Assembly: GCF_000621645.1 (NCBI RefSeq)
Contig: NZ_JHXR01000021.1
Span: 1-32,000 of the forward strand
Reading direction: 5' to 3'
Origin: Vibrio cholerae ATCC 14035
GTDB lineage: Bacteria > Pseudomonadota > Gammaproteobacteria > Enterobacterales > Vibrionaceae
DNA length: 32,000 nucleotides
Numbering within the stretch: the first letter of the stretch is position 1; every line of letters starts with the position of its first letter. Shown here in pieces: positions 1-9,324 of the stretch. Under the pieces are notes generated by a model that worked only from the letters and a program-made list of their open reading frames with translations, was not told where the DNA came from and ran no database searches. A program made the translations under genes and the position numbers.

Positions 1-90
1 GAGTTTGTCTTCTAACATGGGCGCATTTTCGGGCAAAAGCCCCTAGGGACAATCACCACCGCTAAAAGCGGTGGTTTAGGGATGACAATG

Positions 91-118
91 AAAAAAGAGC
101 GACCCAGTGGGTCGCTCT
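91..118 (-). terminator. rho-independent terminator downstream of fklB
   Basis: 10-bp GC-rich stem agagcgaccc (96-105) / gggtcgctct (109-118) with a 3-nt loop. On the minus strand a T-run follows (the a-run at 91-96 on +). It lies 27 nt past the fklB stop. Confidence 0.7.
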
Positions 119-144
119 TTGTCACATAATTGCGAAAGTGAAAC

Positions 145-765
145 TTACAGGATATCCAGCAGTTCGACTTCAAATACTAACGCTGCAAACGGAGGAATCG
201 CTGCGCCTGCGCCACGCTCGCCATAAGCAAGGTTGTGTGGAATGTAGAGTTTCCACTTAGAACCAACAGGCATTAGTTGCAGAGCTTCAACCCAACCGCG
301 GATGACGCCAGTCACCGGGAATTCAGCAGGTTGGCCGCGTGATACTGAGCTATCAAACACAGTGCCATCAACCAGTTGGCCGTGGTAGTGTACGCGAACT
401 GACTTATCGGATGTTGGGATTGCGCCAGTACCTTCAACCAGTACTTCGTACTGCAGGCCTGACTCAAGAACCGTCACTTCTGGACGTAGAGCATTATCTT
501 TCAGGAAAGCTTCACCTTCAGAAGCGGCCACTTTAGCGGCTTCTTGGCGGGCTTCTTCAGCACGCATATGAATCGCATGTAGAGCTTGGTTGATCTCATC
601 AACAGAAATCGCTGGCTGCTCGCCAACAAGAGCGGTGGCGATACCCGCAGCAATTGCCGCTACGTTTAAGCCTTCAAGGCCACTACCTGCCAACTGTTGA
701 CCCATTTGTAGGCCAATGCCGTAGCTTGCTTTCTGTTCTACGGTTTCAAATTTTACTTCAGACAT
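145..765 (-). CDS. fklB: FKBP-type peptidyl-prolyl cis-trans isomerase FklB
   Basis: 206-aa ORF. N-terminal dimerisation helix region ([22 protein letters not shown]) plus a C-terminal FKBP domain ([18 protein letters not shown]...GWVEAL...YGERGAG). Divergent from ytfB, as in E. coli. Confidence 0.9.
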   Translation of the reverse strand: MSEVKFETVEQKASYGIGLQMGQQLAGSGLEGLNVAAIAAGIATALVGEQPAISVDEINQALHAIHMRAEEARQEAAKVAASEGEAFLKDNALRPEVTVLESGLQYEVLVEGTGAIPTSDKSVRVHYHGQLVDGTVFDSSVSRGQPAEFPVTGVIRGWVEALQLMPVGSKWKLYIPHNLAYGERGAGAAIPPFAALVFEVELLDIL

Positions 766-990
766 AAAAGTCGCTCTTGGTCGTTCAATAAAGGCGACAG
801 AATAGCAGGTTAGATAGAGTGATGAAACGTTTAGCGCCCAATCGTTGCTATCCGTTCGGTGTGACTTGTCGCAGAAAGTTCAGCGAAAAACTTCAAGTTT
901 GTGTCAAGCTTTGGCTTTCATGTCACTCGACTCTATACTCTAACCTCATGAATTTTTATACTGTGGGCAAGTAATTAAAGGACTTTGAAC

Positions 991-1557
991 ATGAACCGCC
1001 GCCACAAGAAGCCGCAGCAAACTGATTATCTGGCCAAAGTGCAGAATTATTGGCAGCAATTGGATTGGCCACGCTATCGCCAACAACTGCATGCGTTATG
1101 GTTGCGCTTGCCTCCTTTTCATCGTCGTGGCTTGATGGTGCTCACGCCTGCTGTGTTGGTATTGATGGTGATCCCTTTGCCGGACAAGCAAGACGTGGCG
1201 GCTGAAACTCCTGCCACGTCAAAGCGGATTGAGGTTGGGATCAATACGCAAAGCTTGAGTGAACAACGCACGCAAGCGCAAACCGCCCTTAAATCTTCGG
1301 CATGGCAAGAGTACGTGGTGCGTCAGGGGGATACTTTGTCGCAGGTGTTTCGTAACAACGAGCTACCACTCACTGATATTAATGCGCTGGTTAAGGTGGA
1401 AGGTTCTGATAAACCGCTGAGCCAAATCCAAGCCGGTCAACTGATCCGCTTTAAATTGGCGGAAAACGGCCAATTAGACATTTTGCAGCTTGAACGTAAT
1501 AACCAATCAGTGATGTTCTTCCGTCTCTCTGATGGTGGCTTTGGGCGCAGTAAGTAA
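991..1557 (+). CDS. ytfB: OapA/YtfB-family cell-envelope protein (N-terminal TM, C-terminal OapA/LysM-like domain)
   Basis: PPFHRRG motif followed by a TM helix. The C-terminus WQEYVVRQGDTLSQVFRNNELP...VEGSDKPLSQIQAGQ matches my memory of E. coli YtfB. The ORF track starts at TTG 985. ATG 991 has an aagga SD 8 nt upstream and is preferred. Confidence 0.85.
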   Translation: MNRRHKKPQQTDYLAKVQNYWQQLDWPRYRQQLHALWLRLPPFHRRGLMVLTPAVLVLMVIPLPDKQDVAAETPATSKRIEVGINTQSLSEQRTQAQTALKSSAWQEYVVRQGDTLSQVFRNNELPLTDINALVKVEGSDKPLSQIQAGQLIRFKLAENGQLDILQLERNNQSVMFFRLSDGGFGRSK

Positions 1558-2400
1558 TTCCCACCACTTTGCCAGCCATGCGCTAGGCAACAGAGGCAGA
1601 ATAATCATTCCAATCCCAAGCCAAGTCAGTGCGTCCAGCATTTCAGCAAACCAGAATGCGCCAAAAGCCGCAACAAAGATCAATCCTGAATACTCAGCCA
1701 GTGCGATTTGGCTGGCTGGCGCTTTCTGATACGCGGCAACGGCCAAACCGTTGTAGAGCAAAATCAATCCTGAACTTGCAGTAATCCATAACCACTGAGA
1801 TAAGCTGAGCGGCTGCCAATAGGCGGCCGCCAGTAAGCCAGAAATGGGGAGTGAAAAAAGTGTGGTCCACATGAGTGTGGTCACGACAGGTTGGCGCTCA
1901 GGGATGGTGCGAGCGAGTAGGTTAAAGAGTGCCAACGAACATGCCGTACCCAAGGCAAACAGGGCTGCCCAATGAAATTGCGATGGGCGCAATACAATCA
2001 GTACCCCAAGAAAGCCGGTGACGGTTGCGATAACCTTGCCGCGGCTTGGTCTCTCTTTCAGAAACAGAATTGAGAGAGGCAGCATCAATAGTGGCGCGGC
2101 GTAAAACACCGCATTGGCGGTGGCTAAGGGTAAATACGAAATCGCGACCACCATACAGCCAGCGCCCAGTAGCACTAAATGAGCGCGGATTAGGGTGACT
2201 TTAGGATCATGCAGTTGACGTAAGACTTTGGGCTGTTTTCGCCACACGGGCCAGATGAGGGCAAAAGCAAAGAGTTGGCGCAAGAACATATATTGAAAAG
2301 GTACGACTTCACCTTGCAACATTTTGACTGCCACATCAGAGAGAGAAGCCGCCAAATTGCCTAGAACCAGTAGCCAAACAGCTAACGCTACAGGGTTCAT
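1507..2400 (-). CDS. EamA/DMT-superfamily transporter (10-TM permease)
   Basis: 297-aa highly hydrophobic ORF with two EamA-like halves. Its start codon lies 2 nt after the elaA stop, implying an operon. Its 3' end overlaps ytfB by 51 nt. Confidence 0.85.
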   Translation of the reverse strand: MNPVALAVWLLVLGNLAASLSDVAVKMLQGEVVPFQYMFLRQLFAFALIWPVWRKQPKVLRQLHDPKVTLIRAHLVLLGAGCMVVAISYLPLATANAVFYAAPLLMLPLSILFLKERPSRGKVIATVTGFLGVLIVLRPSQFHWAALFALGTACSLALFNLLARTIPERQPVVTTLMWTTLFSLPISGLLAAAYWQPLSLSQWLWITASSGLILLYNGLAVAAYQKAPASQIALAEYSGLIFVAAFGAFWFAEMLDALTWLGIGMIILPLLPSAWLAKWWELLTAPKATIRETEEHH

Positions 2401-2402
2401 GG

Positions 2403-2852
2403 TTAGGCTCTTTTCATATCAATGTGAGGAATGCCATCTTCTAGATAGGTTTCTGAGGTTGCGACAAAGCCATAGCGAGCATAAAACTCGCGCAGATGCT
2501 CCTGTGCACCAATTTCAATCGATTGTTGTGGCCATAAGTTTTGACACTGCTCAAGTGCCGTTTGCAATAGTTGGTGTCCTAAGCCATTGCCACGTGCACT
2601 GGCCTTAGTCGCCACACGGCCAAGGCTAACACTAGGATAGCTCACCCCTGCAGGCAGTAGACGTGCGCAAGCGACGAGCTCTCCATCTTGATAACCCAGT
2701 AGGTGATGCACTTCGTTGAGCGTATCTTTGTTATCCAATTCCGGGTAGGGGCAGGTCTGCTCGACCACAAAAACATCGACACGCAGTTTGAGTAGTTCGT
2801 ACAGCTGTTGGGTGGTTAATTGGCAAAAAGGGATACATTGCCAGTTGATCAT
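2403..2852 (-). CDS. elaA: GNAT-family N-acetyltransferase, ElaA-like
   Basis: 149 aa. The N-terminus (LT..QLYELLKLRVDVFVVEQ.CPY.ELD) is typical of ElaA. An acetyl-CoA loop is present (RGNGLGHQLLQ). Confidence 0.85.
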   Translation of the reverse strand: MINWQCIPFCQLTTQQLYELLKLRVDVFVVEQTCPYPELDNKDTLNEVHHLLGYQDGELVACARLLPAGVSYPSVSLGRVATKASARGNGLGHQLLQTALEQCQNLWPQQSIEIGAQEHLREFYARYGFVATSETYLEDGIPHIDMKRA

Positions 2853-2868
2853 CTTTATCTCCTTAAAT

Positions 2869-2924
2869 ATGAAATCTATCCACTTCCTATGAGAAGCTGC
2901 AACGGCAAGTCATTTGAGTATGGG
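2869..2924 (+). repeat. copy A of a short intergenic repeat family (possibly ERIC/IRU-like)
   Basis: Aligns with 16557-16621: atgaa..atcc.cttcct...agaagctgca.cgg[15-nt indel]caagtc.tttg..ggg. About 36 identical positions, including a shared 10-mer. Confidence 0.55.
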
Positions 2925-3077
2925 CGGATAGGAATAGCAGTACTGTAGCAGGCAGCGCAAAAACCAGCGTTAACAAAGGTTAAGGGCAAGCAAGAAAATT
3001 TAAATCAAGATTCACTGGAGCTCGGGCGCAAAATAACGATAATAGCGCTTCTTTTTTCGTCACACTGAGGACACCCC

Positions 3078-4460
3078 TTGAACGCCAACTCTTTTGCTGC
3101 TTTGAATCTGAAGCCTGAACTTCTTGCTAACCTTGAAACCATGGGGTTTGCCACTATGACTCCGATTCAGGCGCAATCTCTTCCTGCGATCCTTAAAGGG
3201 CAGGATGTGATTGGCCAAGGCAAAACAGGCTCCGGTAAAACCGCTGCGTTTGGTCTTGGGGTACTCTCCAACCTCAATGTGAAGCGCTTTCGTGTGCAAG
3301 CCTTGGTGCTGTGTCCAACACGTGAGTTGGCCGATCAAGTCGCGACCGATATTCGTACGCTAGGGCGTGCTATCCACAATATCAAAGTGTTGACGCTGTG
3401 TGGCGGTATGCCAATGGGGCCGCAGATCGGATCCCTTGAGCATGGCGCGCATATCTTGGTCGGAACGCCGGGACGGATTTTGGATCATTTGAGTAAAGAT
3501 CGTATCGATCTGAGTGAGCTCAATACCTTGGTATTGGATGAAGCTGACCGCATGCTCGAAATGGGTTTCCAAGAAGCGCTGGAGGCGATCATTGCTGCCG
3601 CGCCAGCCGAGCGTCAAACCTTGCTGTTTAGTGCAACTTACCCCACCAGCATTGAGCAGATTGCGCAAAGTGTGACTCGCAATGCGCTGATGATTAAAGT
3701 TGAGGCGACCCACGATACTTCAAGCATTCGTCAATATTTCTACAAAGTAGAAGGCAGTGCTGCGCGTGATGAGGCTCTGGAAACGTTGCTCTTGCACCAT
3801 CAACCGACTTCTTCGGTGGTGTTCTGTAACACCAAACGTGAAGTACAAAATGTTGCCGATGCCCTGCATCAAAGCGGTTTTAGCGTGATTGAACTGCATG
3901 GTGATATGGAGCAGCGTGAGCGCGACCAAGCCTTAGTGCAATTTGCCAATAAGAGTATTTCTATTCTGGTCGCGACCGATGTTGCGGCTCGTGGTCTGGA
4001 TGTCGATAACCTTGATGCAGTGTTTAACTACGATCTGTCTCGCGATCCTGAAGTGCATGTACATCGCATCGGGCGTACTGGTCGTGCGGGAAGTAAGGGC
4101 TTAGCGTTTAGCTTCTTTAGTGACAATGAGAGCTACCGTGTGGCGCAAATTGATGAGTACATGGATATCGCGATTGAACCTTCAACCTTGCCGCAACCAG
4201 CTGCAGGCGCTCGTCCTTACGCGGCGAATATGGTCACCATTCAGATTGACGGTGGTAAGAAAGATAAGGTGCGTCCCGGTGATATCCTTGGCGCACTGAC
4301 CAGTGATGGCGAACTGACCGCGGAGCATATCGGCAAGATTAACCTGTTCCCGATGCGTGCTTATGTGGCCGTGCAGAAGAAAATCGCCCACAAAGCTCTG
4401 AATAAAATTGCCAACGGTAAGATGAAGGGACGCCAGTTCCGCGCTCGCTTACTCAAATAA
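3078..4460 (+). CDS. dbpA: ATP-dependent DEAD-box RNA helicase DbpA
   Basis: 460 aa. Q-motif, Walker A (GKTGSGKT), DEAD box (VLDEADRML), SAT, HRIGRTGRAG, and a C-terminal DbpA RNA-binding domain (MVTIQIDGGKKDKVRPGDILGAL). TTG start with a gagga SD 6 nt upstream. Confidence 0.92.
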   Translation: MNANSFAALNLKPELLANLETMGFATMTPIQAQSLPAILKGQDVIGQGKTGSGKTAAFGLGVLSNLNVKRFRVQALVLCPTRELADQVATDIRTLGRAIHNIKVLTLCGGMPMGPQIGSLEHGAHILVGTPGRILDHLSKDRIDLSELNTLVLDEADRMLEMGFQEALEAIIAAAPAERQTLLFSATYPTSIEQIAQSVTRNALMIKVEATHDTSSIRQYFYKVEGSAARDEALETLLLHHQPTSSVVFCNTKREVQNVADALHQSGFSVIELHGDMEQRERDQALVQFANKSISILVATDVAARGLDVDNLDAVFNYDLSRDPEVHVHRIGRTGRAGSKGLAFSFFSDNESYRVAQIDEYMDIAIEPSTLPQPAAGARPYAANMVTIQIDGGKKDKVRPGDILGALTSDGELTAEHIGKINLFPMRAYVAVQKKIAHKALNKIANGKMKGRQFRARLLK

Positions 4461-4462
4461 TA

Positions 4463-5032
4463 TCACGCATCCTGTCTCAGCCGCGCTTTAATGCGGCTGA
4501 GGCTAATTGGCGTTATCCCCAAATACGCGGCGATGTGATGATCGCAAAGCCGCGCCATCAAATCTGGAAACTGAGCACACATCACTTGGTAACGCTGTTC
4601 TGGGCGATAGAGCAACATAAAGCGCTCTTTTTGCTCCTTGTACAGCAGTTGCGTCTCAAGTAAACGTTGATAGAGCGGGTGACCGCTAGAGCGCCATTCA
4701 CGTAACACCTCAATCGGTACGCCCATCAGTTTTACTGGAGATAAGGTTTCCAACATGAAGGGTGAGGCTTGCTCACGCAGCAAACTTTCAAAACCAATCG
4801 CCCAGTCTTGCTCCCAATAAAACTCTTTACTGAAACTTTTGCCCTCTTCGGTGAGATAGCAAGCGTGGCATAGCCCAGCGAGCACCCAATAGGCAAAGGG
4901 AGTGGTTTCTCCTTGTGCGACCAGGACATGTCGTGTTGGCAGCTCGAGTGGCTGAGCGACACTTTGCAATTGCGTGCATTCGGCATCGGAAAAACCATGC
5001 TGTTTTAGATAAGCGTGAAACTGTGCTTGCAT
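4463..5032 (-). CDS. Crp/Fnr-family transcriptional regulator (cNMP-binding beta-barrel plus C-terminal HTH)
   Basis: 189 aa. Beta-barrel region (VLVAQGETTPFAYWVLAGLCHACYLTEEGKSFSKEF), dimer helix, then HTH (HHIAAYLGITPISLSRIKARL). A gagg SD lies just upstream of the ATG. Confidence 0.85.
   Translation of the reverse strand: MQAQFHAYLKQHGFSDAECTQLQSVAQPLELPTRHVLVAQGETTPFAYWVLAGLCHACYLTEEGKSFSKEFYWEQDWAIGFESLLREQASPFMLETLSPVKLMGVPIEVLREWRSSGHPLYQRLLETQLLYKEQKERFMLLYRPEQRYQVMCAQFPDLMARLCDHHIAAYLGITPISLSRIKARLRQDA
4476..4501 (+). terminator. stem-loop at the dbpA 3' end, embedded in the convergent regulator CDS (candidate terminator without a U-tract)
   Basis: 9-bp stem ctcagccgc (4476-4484) / gcggctgag (4493-4501) with an 8-nt loop, starting 16 nt after the dbpA stop. 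No T-run follows on either strand. Confidence 0.35.
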
Positions 5033-5043
5033 AAAAGCCTCAT

Positions 5044-5074
5044 AGAAAAGAAAACAGCCACTCTAGGTGGCTGT
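5044..5074 (-). terminator. rho-independent terminator downstream of cpdB
   Basis: 8-bp stem acagccac (5054-5061) / gtggctgt (5067-5074). On the minus strand it is followed by ttttcttttc. It ends only about 12 nt upstream of the regulator start codon. Confidence 0.6.
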
Positions 5075-5090
5075 CTACTTTACGTGATAA

Positions 5091-5106
5091 CCCAAGTGAC
5101 TTGAAG
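5091..5106 (-). repeat. partial, inverted copy C of the intergenic repeat core
   Basis: cccaagtgacttgaag matches the reverse complement of copy B (cccaaacgacttgacg) at 13 of 16 positions. The same TGACTTG core is present in copy A. Confidence 0.35.
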
Positions 5107-5150
5107 CGGCTGCTGTATTGGTTGCCGTTTCAATAGGGGGTTATTGGTGC

Positions 5151-7112
5151 TTATTTTTGTAAGTCGATGCGATACACCGCGAAGCCAACATCATCACTGG
5201 CGACTTGGGTCATCGGATATTGACCTTTTTGTTTAATAAACTGGGTGGCTTTATCGCTTGGTGAGGTTTCAAAGCGAATATCCAGCTTGGTTTTGCTGCT
5301 GATCGGAGCAAATGACCAGTTGTTGTCCGCACTTGGCGTCACTTCGCCTTTGTCCTTACTCACGCGAGCGATGTAATCGGCCACTACTGTGCGGTTTTCA
5401 TCGGGTGAATCAAACGCGACAAACTCAGCGCCTGTGCCGGGGAATTTGTTGCTGTAGGCACGATAGTTGTTGGTGGCGATCAAGAAGGTTTGTTGGGTAT
5501 CAATTGGCTTACCTTGATAAGTCAGTTGCACGATGCGCTGTGAATTTGGGTTGATCAGTTTGCAGTCACCATCGTAGCGCGCAGGCTGAGTCACATCGAT
5601 CTGGTAATTGACGCCATCAATCACATCAAAGTTGTAAGTGCGGAAGCCATCCCAGTTGATGAGCGATTGCGGTGCGCTAGACGTCACATCAATCTGGTTA
5701 AACTGGCCTGCTGAGCACTCTAACCACTCTTTAAGCTGCTGACCGCTCACTTTCATGGTGACTAAGGTGTTCGGGTACAGGTAAAGGTCGGCGGCATTAC
5801 GGAAAGTCAGCTCGCCCGCTTCCACTTCAGTGAAACCGTTAGGATCGTCTTTACGGCCACCGGCTTTGAAAGGCGCAGCGGCAGATAGCACTGGCAAACC
5901 ATCAAGGTTTGGATCGCCTTGAATAAAGCGCTCGACATAATCTTTCTGCGCGAGGTTGACGATTTGTACCGTTGGGTCATCTTGCACCAGTGATAAGAAG
6001 CTGTACATCACGTCGTTCGCTTTGCCGATTGGCTGGTTAACAAAGTCGCGTGTACCTTGATGATCGTGTTGCAGCGCTTGCACCATAGTGGCATCGGCTT
6101 CGACAAGCGCTTTCTTATTGGCTTTGTCAAAGATTGGGCGAGCTTCGGATTGACCGGAAGTCACTGCCCAGCGACCTTGCTGCTTTTCTAAGGTCAGATC
6201 CATCACCCCAACATGGCTACCCCAACGCCCCGGCATCACAGCGGTCACGCCATTGATGGTACCTTTATCGATGTCTGCGCCCGGTACATTAGCAAAATCT
6301 TTACCCGGGAAGACGGCGTGAGAGTGACCAAAAGCAATCGCATCAATGCCTTTCACTTGGGTCAGATAGTAAACCGAGTTTTCTGCGCCAGCTTGGTATT
6401 CATCGGTGCTGATCCCAGAGTGGGGGATGGCGACAATCACATCCGCGCCTTTGGCTTTCATCTCAGGGATAAGTTTTTCTGCGGTCTGTTTGATATCGGC
6501 TGCGGTCACTTTACCTTCGAGATTTTTCTTATCCCACACCATGATTTGGGGCGGAACAAATCCGATATAACCGACCTTGATGGTATGTGCCTCTCCATCG
6601 GTATCTTTAAAGCTGTGCTCTTTAATCACATAAGGCGTGAATAAGTGCTGACCTGTTTTGGCATCAAACACGTTGGCGTTGATGTAGGGGAAGGCGGCAT
6701 CGTTGATGGTCTCTTTTAAAAACTCAAGGCCGTAGTTAAATTCGTGGTTACCTATGTTACCCACATCATAACCTAGCGGATTCATGGCTTTATAAACGGG
6801 GTGCACTTCGCCAGCCTTGATGCCTTTCGCTGCCATGTAGTCACCCATCGGGCTACCTTGGATCAAATCACCGTTATCGACCAGCACACTGTTTTCGACT
6901 TCGGCGCGAGCTTGTTTGACAAGCGTGGCGGCGCGCGTCAGGCCAATTTGATCGGAGGCTTTATCTTTGTAGTAGTCATAATCCATCAAATTGGTATGAA
7001 TATCCGTGGTTTCAACAATACGTAGTTTGATCGTATCGGCCATTACAGGGCCCGCCATAGCTAACAGGCCGCCAAGTACCGCTAAAGAAACAGGTTTGAT
7101 CATCATGGTCAT
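5151..7112 (-). CDS. cpdB: periplasmic 2',3'-cyclic-nucleotide 2'-phosphodiesterase / 3'-nucleotidase CpdB
   Basis: Calcineurin-like metallophosphatase motifs (DIHTN, GDLIQG, GNHEFN, GHSH) plus a 5'-nucleotidase C-terminal domain. I place the start at ATG 7112 ([25 protein letters not shown], a signal peptide; ggag SD 7 nt upstream), not at the ORF-track start 7196. Confidence 0.9.
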   Translation of the reverse strand: MTMMIKPVSLAVLGGLLAMAGPVMADTIKLRIVETTDIHTNLMDYDYYKDKASDQIGLTRAATLVKQARAEVENSVLVDNGDLIQGSPMGDYMAAKGIKAGEVHPVYKAMNPLGYDVGNIGNHEFNYGLEFLKETINDAAFPYINANVFDAKTGQHLFTPYVIKEHSFKDTDGEAHTIKVGYIGFVPPQIMVWDKKNLEGKVTAADIKQTAEKLIPEMKAKGADVIVAIPHSGISTDEYQAGAENSVYYLTQVKGIDAIAFGHSHAVFPGKDFANVPGADIDKGTINGVTAVMPGRWGSHVGVMDLTLEKQQGRWAVTSGQSEARPIFDKANKKALVEADATMVQALQHDHQGTRDFVNQPIGKANDVMYSFLSLVQDDPTVQIVNLAQKDYVERFIQGDPNLDGLPVLSAAAPFKAGGRKDDPNGFTEVEAGELTFRNAADLYLYPNTLVTMKVSGQQLKEWLECSAGQFNQIDVTSSAPQSLINWDGFRTYNFDVIDGVNYQIDVTQPARYDGDCKLINPNSQRIVQLTYQGKPIDTQQTFLIATNNYRAYSNKFPGTGAEFVAFDSPDENRTVVADYIARVSKDKGEVTPSADNNWSFAPISSKTKLDIRFETSPSDKATQFIKQKGQYPMTQVASDDVGFAVYRIDLQK

Positions 7113-7429
7113 CACAGACTCCAGAATGAGTGACAGAAGGAGGAAATAAAAACAACTCGATAAATGTAACAAAAGTCGATGAAACAAAGGTTTCACTCAT
7201 AACCAAATTGTGATGTGACGCGATACCTTTGTCTGAAATTGCCCAGTTGATCCCAGTTGGCATGCTGCTGTTGTCCTGACTGTGTCGAGTAATCTGCTGA
7301 GCTTAGGCTTTGATGCCCATTTCGCTCCGCTTATATCAGCTTTTGGAATAAAAAATGAAATTATAGAATTTCAGGTAATAACCGTAACTGCTCATAATGC
7401 CTACAACAGACCAATTAAGGATCAAGATT

Positions 7430-8296
7430 ATGGCGCAGGATGCGGTAACTCCCCTTCGTAAACCCCCCCGCTTAGCCGTTGTAGAAGGCTCAGGTTATGT
7501 GCGTGCCGCGCGCAGCCAACTGCAAGCAGGAGAAGTGGCGCTGGTGGGCGCAGGTCCAGGCGATCCTGAGCTACTCACAGTCAAAGCACTCAGTTATCTC
7601 CAACAAGCGGATGTGGTGCTCTACGACTACTTAGTGTCCGATGAAATCATGGCGCTCATCCCAAGCGAGACGATTTTAGTCTGTGTCGGGAAACGCGCAG
7701 GCCATCACAGTGTGCCACAGGAGAAAACCAATCAACTCTTGGTCGATTTTGCCCGTCAAGGTTATCGCGTGGTGCGCATCAAAGGCGGCGACCCTTTTAT
7801 GTTTGGCCGCGGTGGGGAAGAGCTGGAAGTGCTGTTTGACGCTGGCGTGAAATTTCAGGTTGTCCCCGGCATCACCGCAGCCGCTGGTGCAACGGCGTAT
7901 GCCGGCATTCCGCTCACTCATCGTGATTACGCCCAATCGGCGCTGTTTGTCACCGGCCATTTAAAAGCGCAAGCCGAGGATCTGGATTGGTCAACGCTGG
8001 CGCGTGGTAAGCAAACCTTAGTGATTTACATGGGCTTGAGCAACGCTGCGGCAATCGCTGAACAGCTCCAGTTGCATGGCCGTCAAGCGAGCACGCCCGT
8101 GGCAATCATTGAACGTGGCACTCAAGCCAATCAACAGGTGCTGATTGGTACATTGCAAACTTTGCCCAATTTAGCCAGCCAAGCGCAATCTCCGGCGCTG
8201 ATTGTGGTGGGTGAAGTGGTTGCGCTTGCCGCCAAGCTGAACTGGTTTGGCGAACAAGGCGCAACACAGCAGCTTGATGCGGCTCAGTCAGCGTAA
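7430..8296 (+). CDS. cobA: uroporphyrinogen-III C-methyltransferase (stand-alone SUMT for siroheme synthesis)
   Basis: [25 protein letters not shown] and VVPGITAA motifs. There is no CysG-type N-terminal dehydrogenase/chelatase domain. The ORF track starts at 7397. ATG 7430 has an aagga SD 8 nt upstream. The end coordinate is firm. Confidence 0.88.
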   Translation: MAQDAVTPLRKPPRLAVVEGSGYVRAARSQLQAGEVALVGAGPGDPELLTVKALSYLQQADVVLYDYLVSDEIMALIPSETILVCVGKRAGHHSVPQEKTNQLLVDFARQGYRVVRIKGGDPFMFGRGGEELEVLFDAGVKFQVVPGITAAAGATAYAGIPLTHRDYAQSALFVTGHLKAQAEDLDWSTLARGKQTLVIYMGLSNAAAIAEQLQLHGRQASTPVAIIERGTQANQQVLIGTLQTLPNLASQAQSPALIVVGEVVALAAKLNWFGEQGATQQLDAAQSA

Positions 8297-8398
8297 GGTG
8301 CCGCACTTATCTTCTTGGTCACTACTTAAAATTTCACACTACGGCGCTGCTTAAGGGCAGCGCGCCGCCGTCAGGCAAGCGAAAAGGAAGCAGGTAAA

Positions 8399-9307
8399 AT
8401 GGATCAACAGCGTTTAACCCATTTAAAACAGTTGGAAGCAGAAAGCATCCACATCATTCGTGAAGTGGCGGCCGAATTTGATAATCCGGTGATGATGTAC
8501 TCGATTGGCAAGGATTCATCGGTGATGTTGCATTTAACGCGCAAAGCGTTTTATCCGGGCAAGATCCCTTTTCCTTTGTTGCACGTCGATACCGACTGGA
8601 AGTTTCGCGACATGATTACGTTTCGTGATGCGACGGCCAAAAAGTACGGCTTTGATCTTATCGTGCATAAAAATCCAGAAGGTTTGGCGGCGGGGATCAA
8701 CCCATTTGATCACGGCTCCTCTAAGCATACCGACATCATGAAAACCCAAGGCTTGAAGCAGGCGTTGAACAAATATGGTTTTGATGCGGCCTTTGGTGGT
8801 GCGCGTCGCGATGAAGAGAAATCGCGTGCCAAAGAGCGTGTCTACTCTTTTCGCGATAAAAACCACACTTGGGATCCGAAAAACCAGCGCCCAGAGCTAT
8901 GGCGCACCTATAACGGCCAGATCAACAAAGGTGAAAGCATTCGGGTGTTCCCGCTCTCGAATTGGACGGAGCTGGATATCTGGCAATACATCTATTTGGA
9001 AAACATTGAGATTGTTCCGCTCTATCTGGCGGATGTCCGCCCAGTCGTACAGCGTGATGGAATGCTGATCATGGTGGACGATGATCGGATGAAGCTGCGC
9101 GAAGGTGAACAGATTGAGCACAAGAGCGTGCGTTTTCGCACCTTAGGCTGTTACCCACTGACTGGAGCCATCGAATCACAAGCCAATACATTGACCGAGA
9201 TTATTGAAGAGATGCTGGTGGCGACCTCCAGTGAGCGCCAAGGCCGCGCGATCGACCACGATCAGTCGGGATCAATGGAACTGAAAAAACGTCAAGGTTA
9301 CTTCTAA
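8399..9307 (+). CDS. cysD: sulfate adenylyltransferase subunit 2
   Basis: 302 aa. PAPS-reductase-like fold with the [15 protein letters not shown]-loop. The ending KKRQGYF is typical of CysD. Confidence 0.95.
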   Translation: MDQQRLTHLKQLEAESIHIIREVAAEFDNPVMMYSIGKDSSVMLHLTRKAFYPGKIPFPLLHVDTDWKFRDMITFRDATAKKYGFDLIVHKNPEGLAAGINPFDHGSSKHTDIMKTQGLKQALNKYGFDAAFGGARRDEEKSRAKERVYSFRDKNHTWDPKNQRPELWRTYNGQINKGESIRVFPLSNWTELDIWQYIYLENIEIVPLYLADVRPVVQRDGMLIMVDDDRMKLREGEQIEHKSVRFRTLGCYPLTGAIESQANTLTEIIEEMLVATSSERQGRAIDHDQSGSMELKKRQGYF

Positions 9308-9324
9308 GGATCGAAGGAAAGCGT

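Noticed and set aside
1-80. Possible minus-strand gene start at 18 (ATGTTAGAAGACAAACTC) and an accaccgc/gcggtggt hairpin at 55-75
   Set aside because: Only six codons fall inside the window, so no product can be supported. The hairpin lacks a U-tract on either strand and has no clear assignment.
339-536. Numerous 60-140-aa ORFs antisense to, or out of frame with, the called genes (for example 339-536, 3360-3713, 6213-6644, 10467-10865, 20112-20399, 27375-27796)
   Set aside because: Each is nested within a longer ORF that has clear family motifs. None has an SD or a recognisable domain. This is the expected six-frame background in moderately GC-rich coding DNA.
7113-7196. N-terminal extension of cpdB (ORF-track start at 7196); similarly 24500-24574 for ppa and 18042-18074 for tamA
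   Set aside because: The extensions precede a canonical signal peptide (cpdB, tamA) or the conserved Ppa N-terminus. They lack SD sequences, while the internal ATGs have them.
7313-7351. 12-codon mini-ORF (MPISLRLYQLLE) upstream of cobA as a possible leader peptide
   Set aside because: No Cys or Met regulatory codons, no SD and no attenuator-type alternative hairpins downstream.
8344-8364. Hairpin gcgctgc-ttaaggg-gcagcgc between cobA and cysD as a terminator
   Set aside because: It is a 7-bp stem with no U-tract, followed by gccgccg. It is more likely an intra-operon structure or nothing, so it does not justify splitting cobA from cysDNC.
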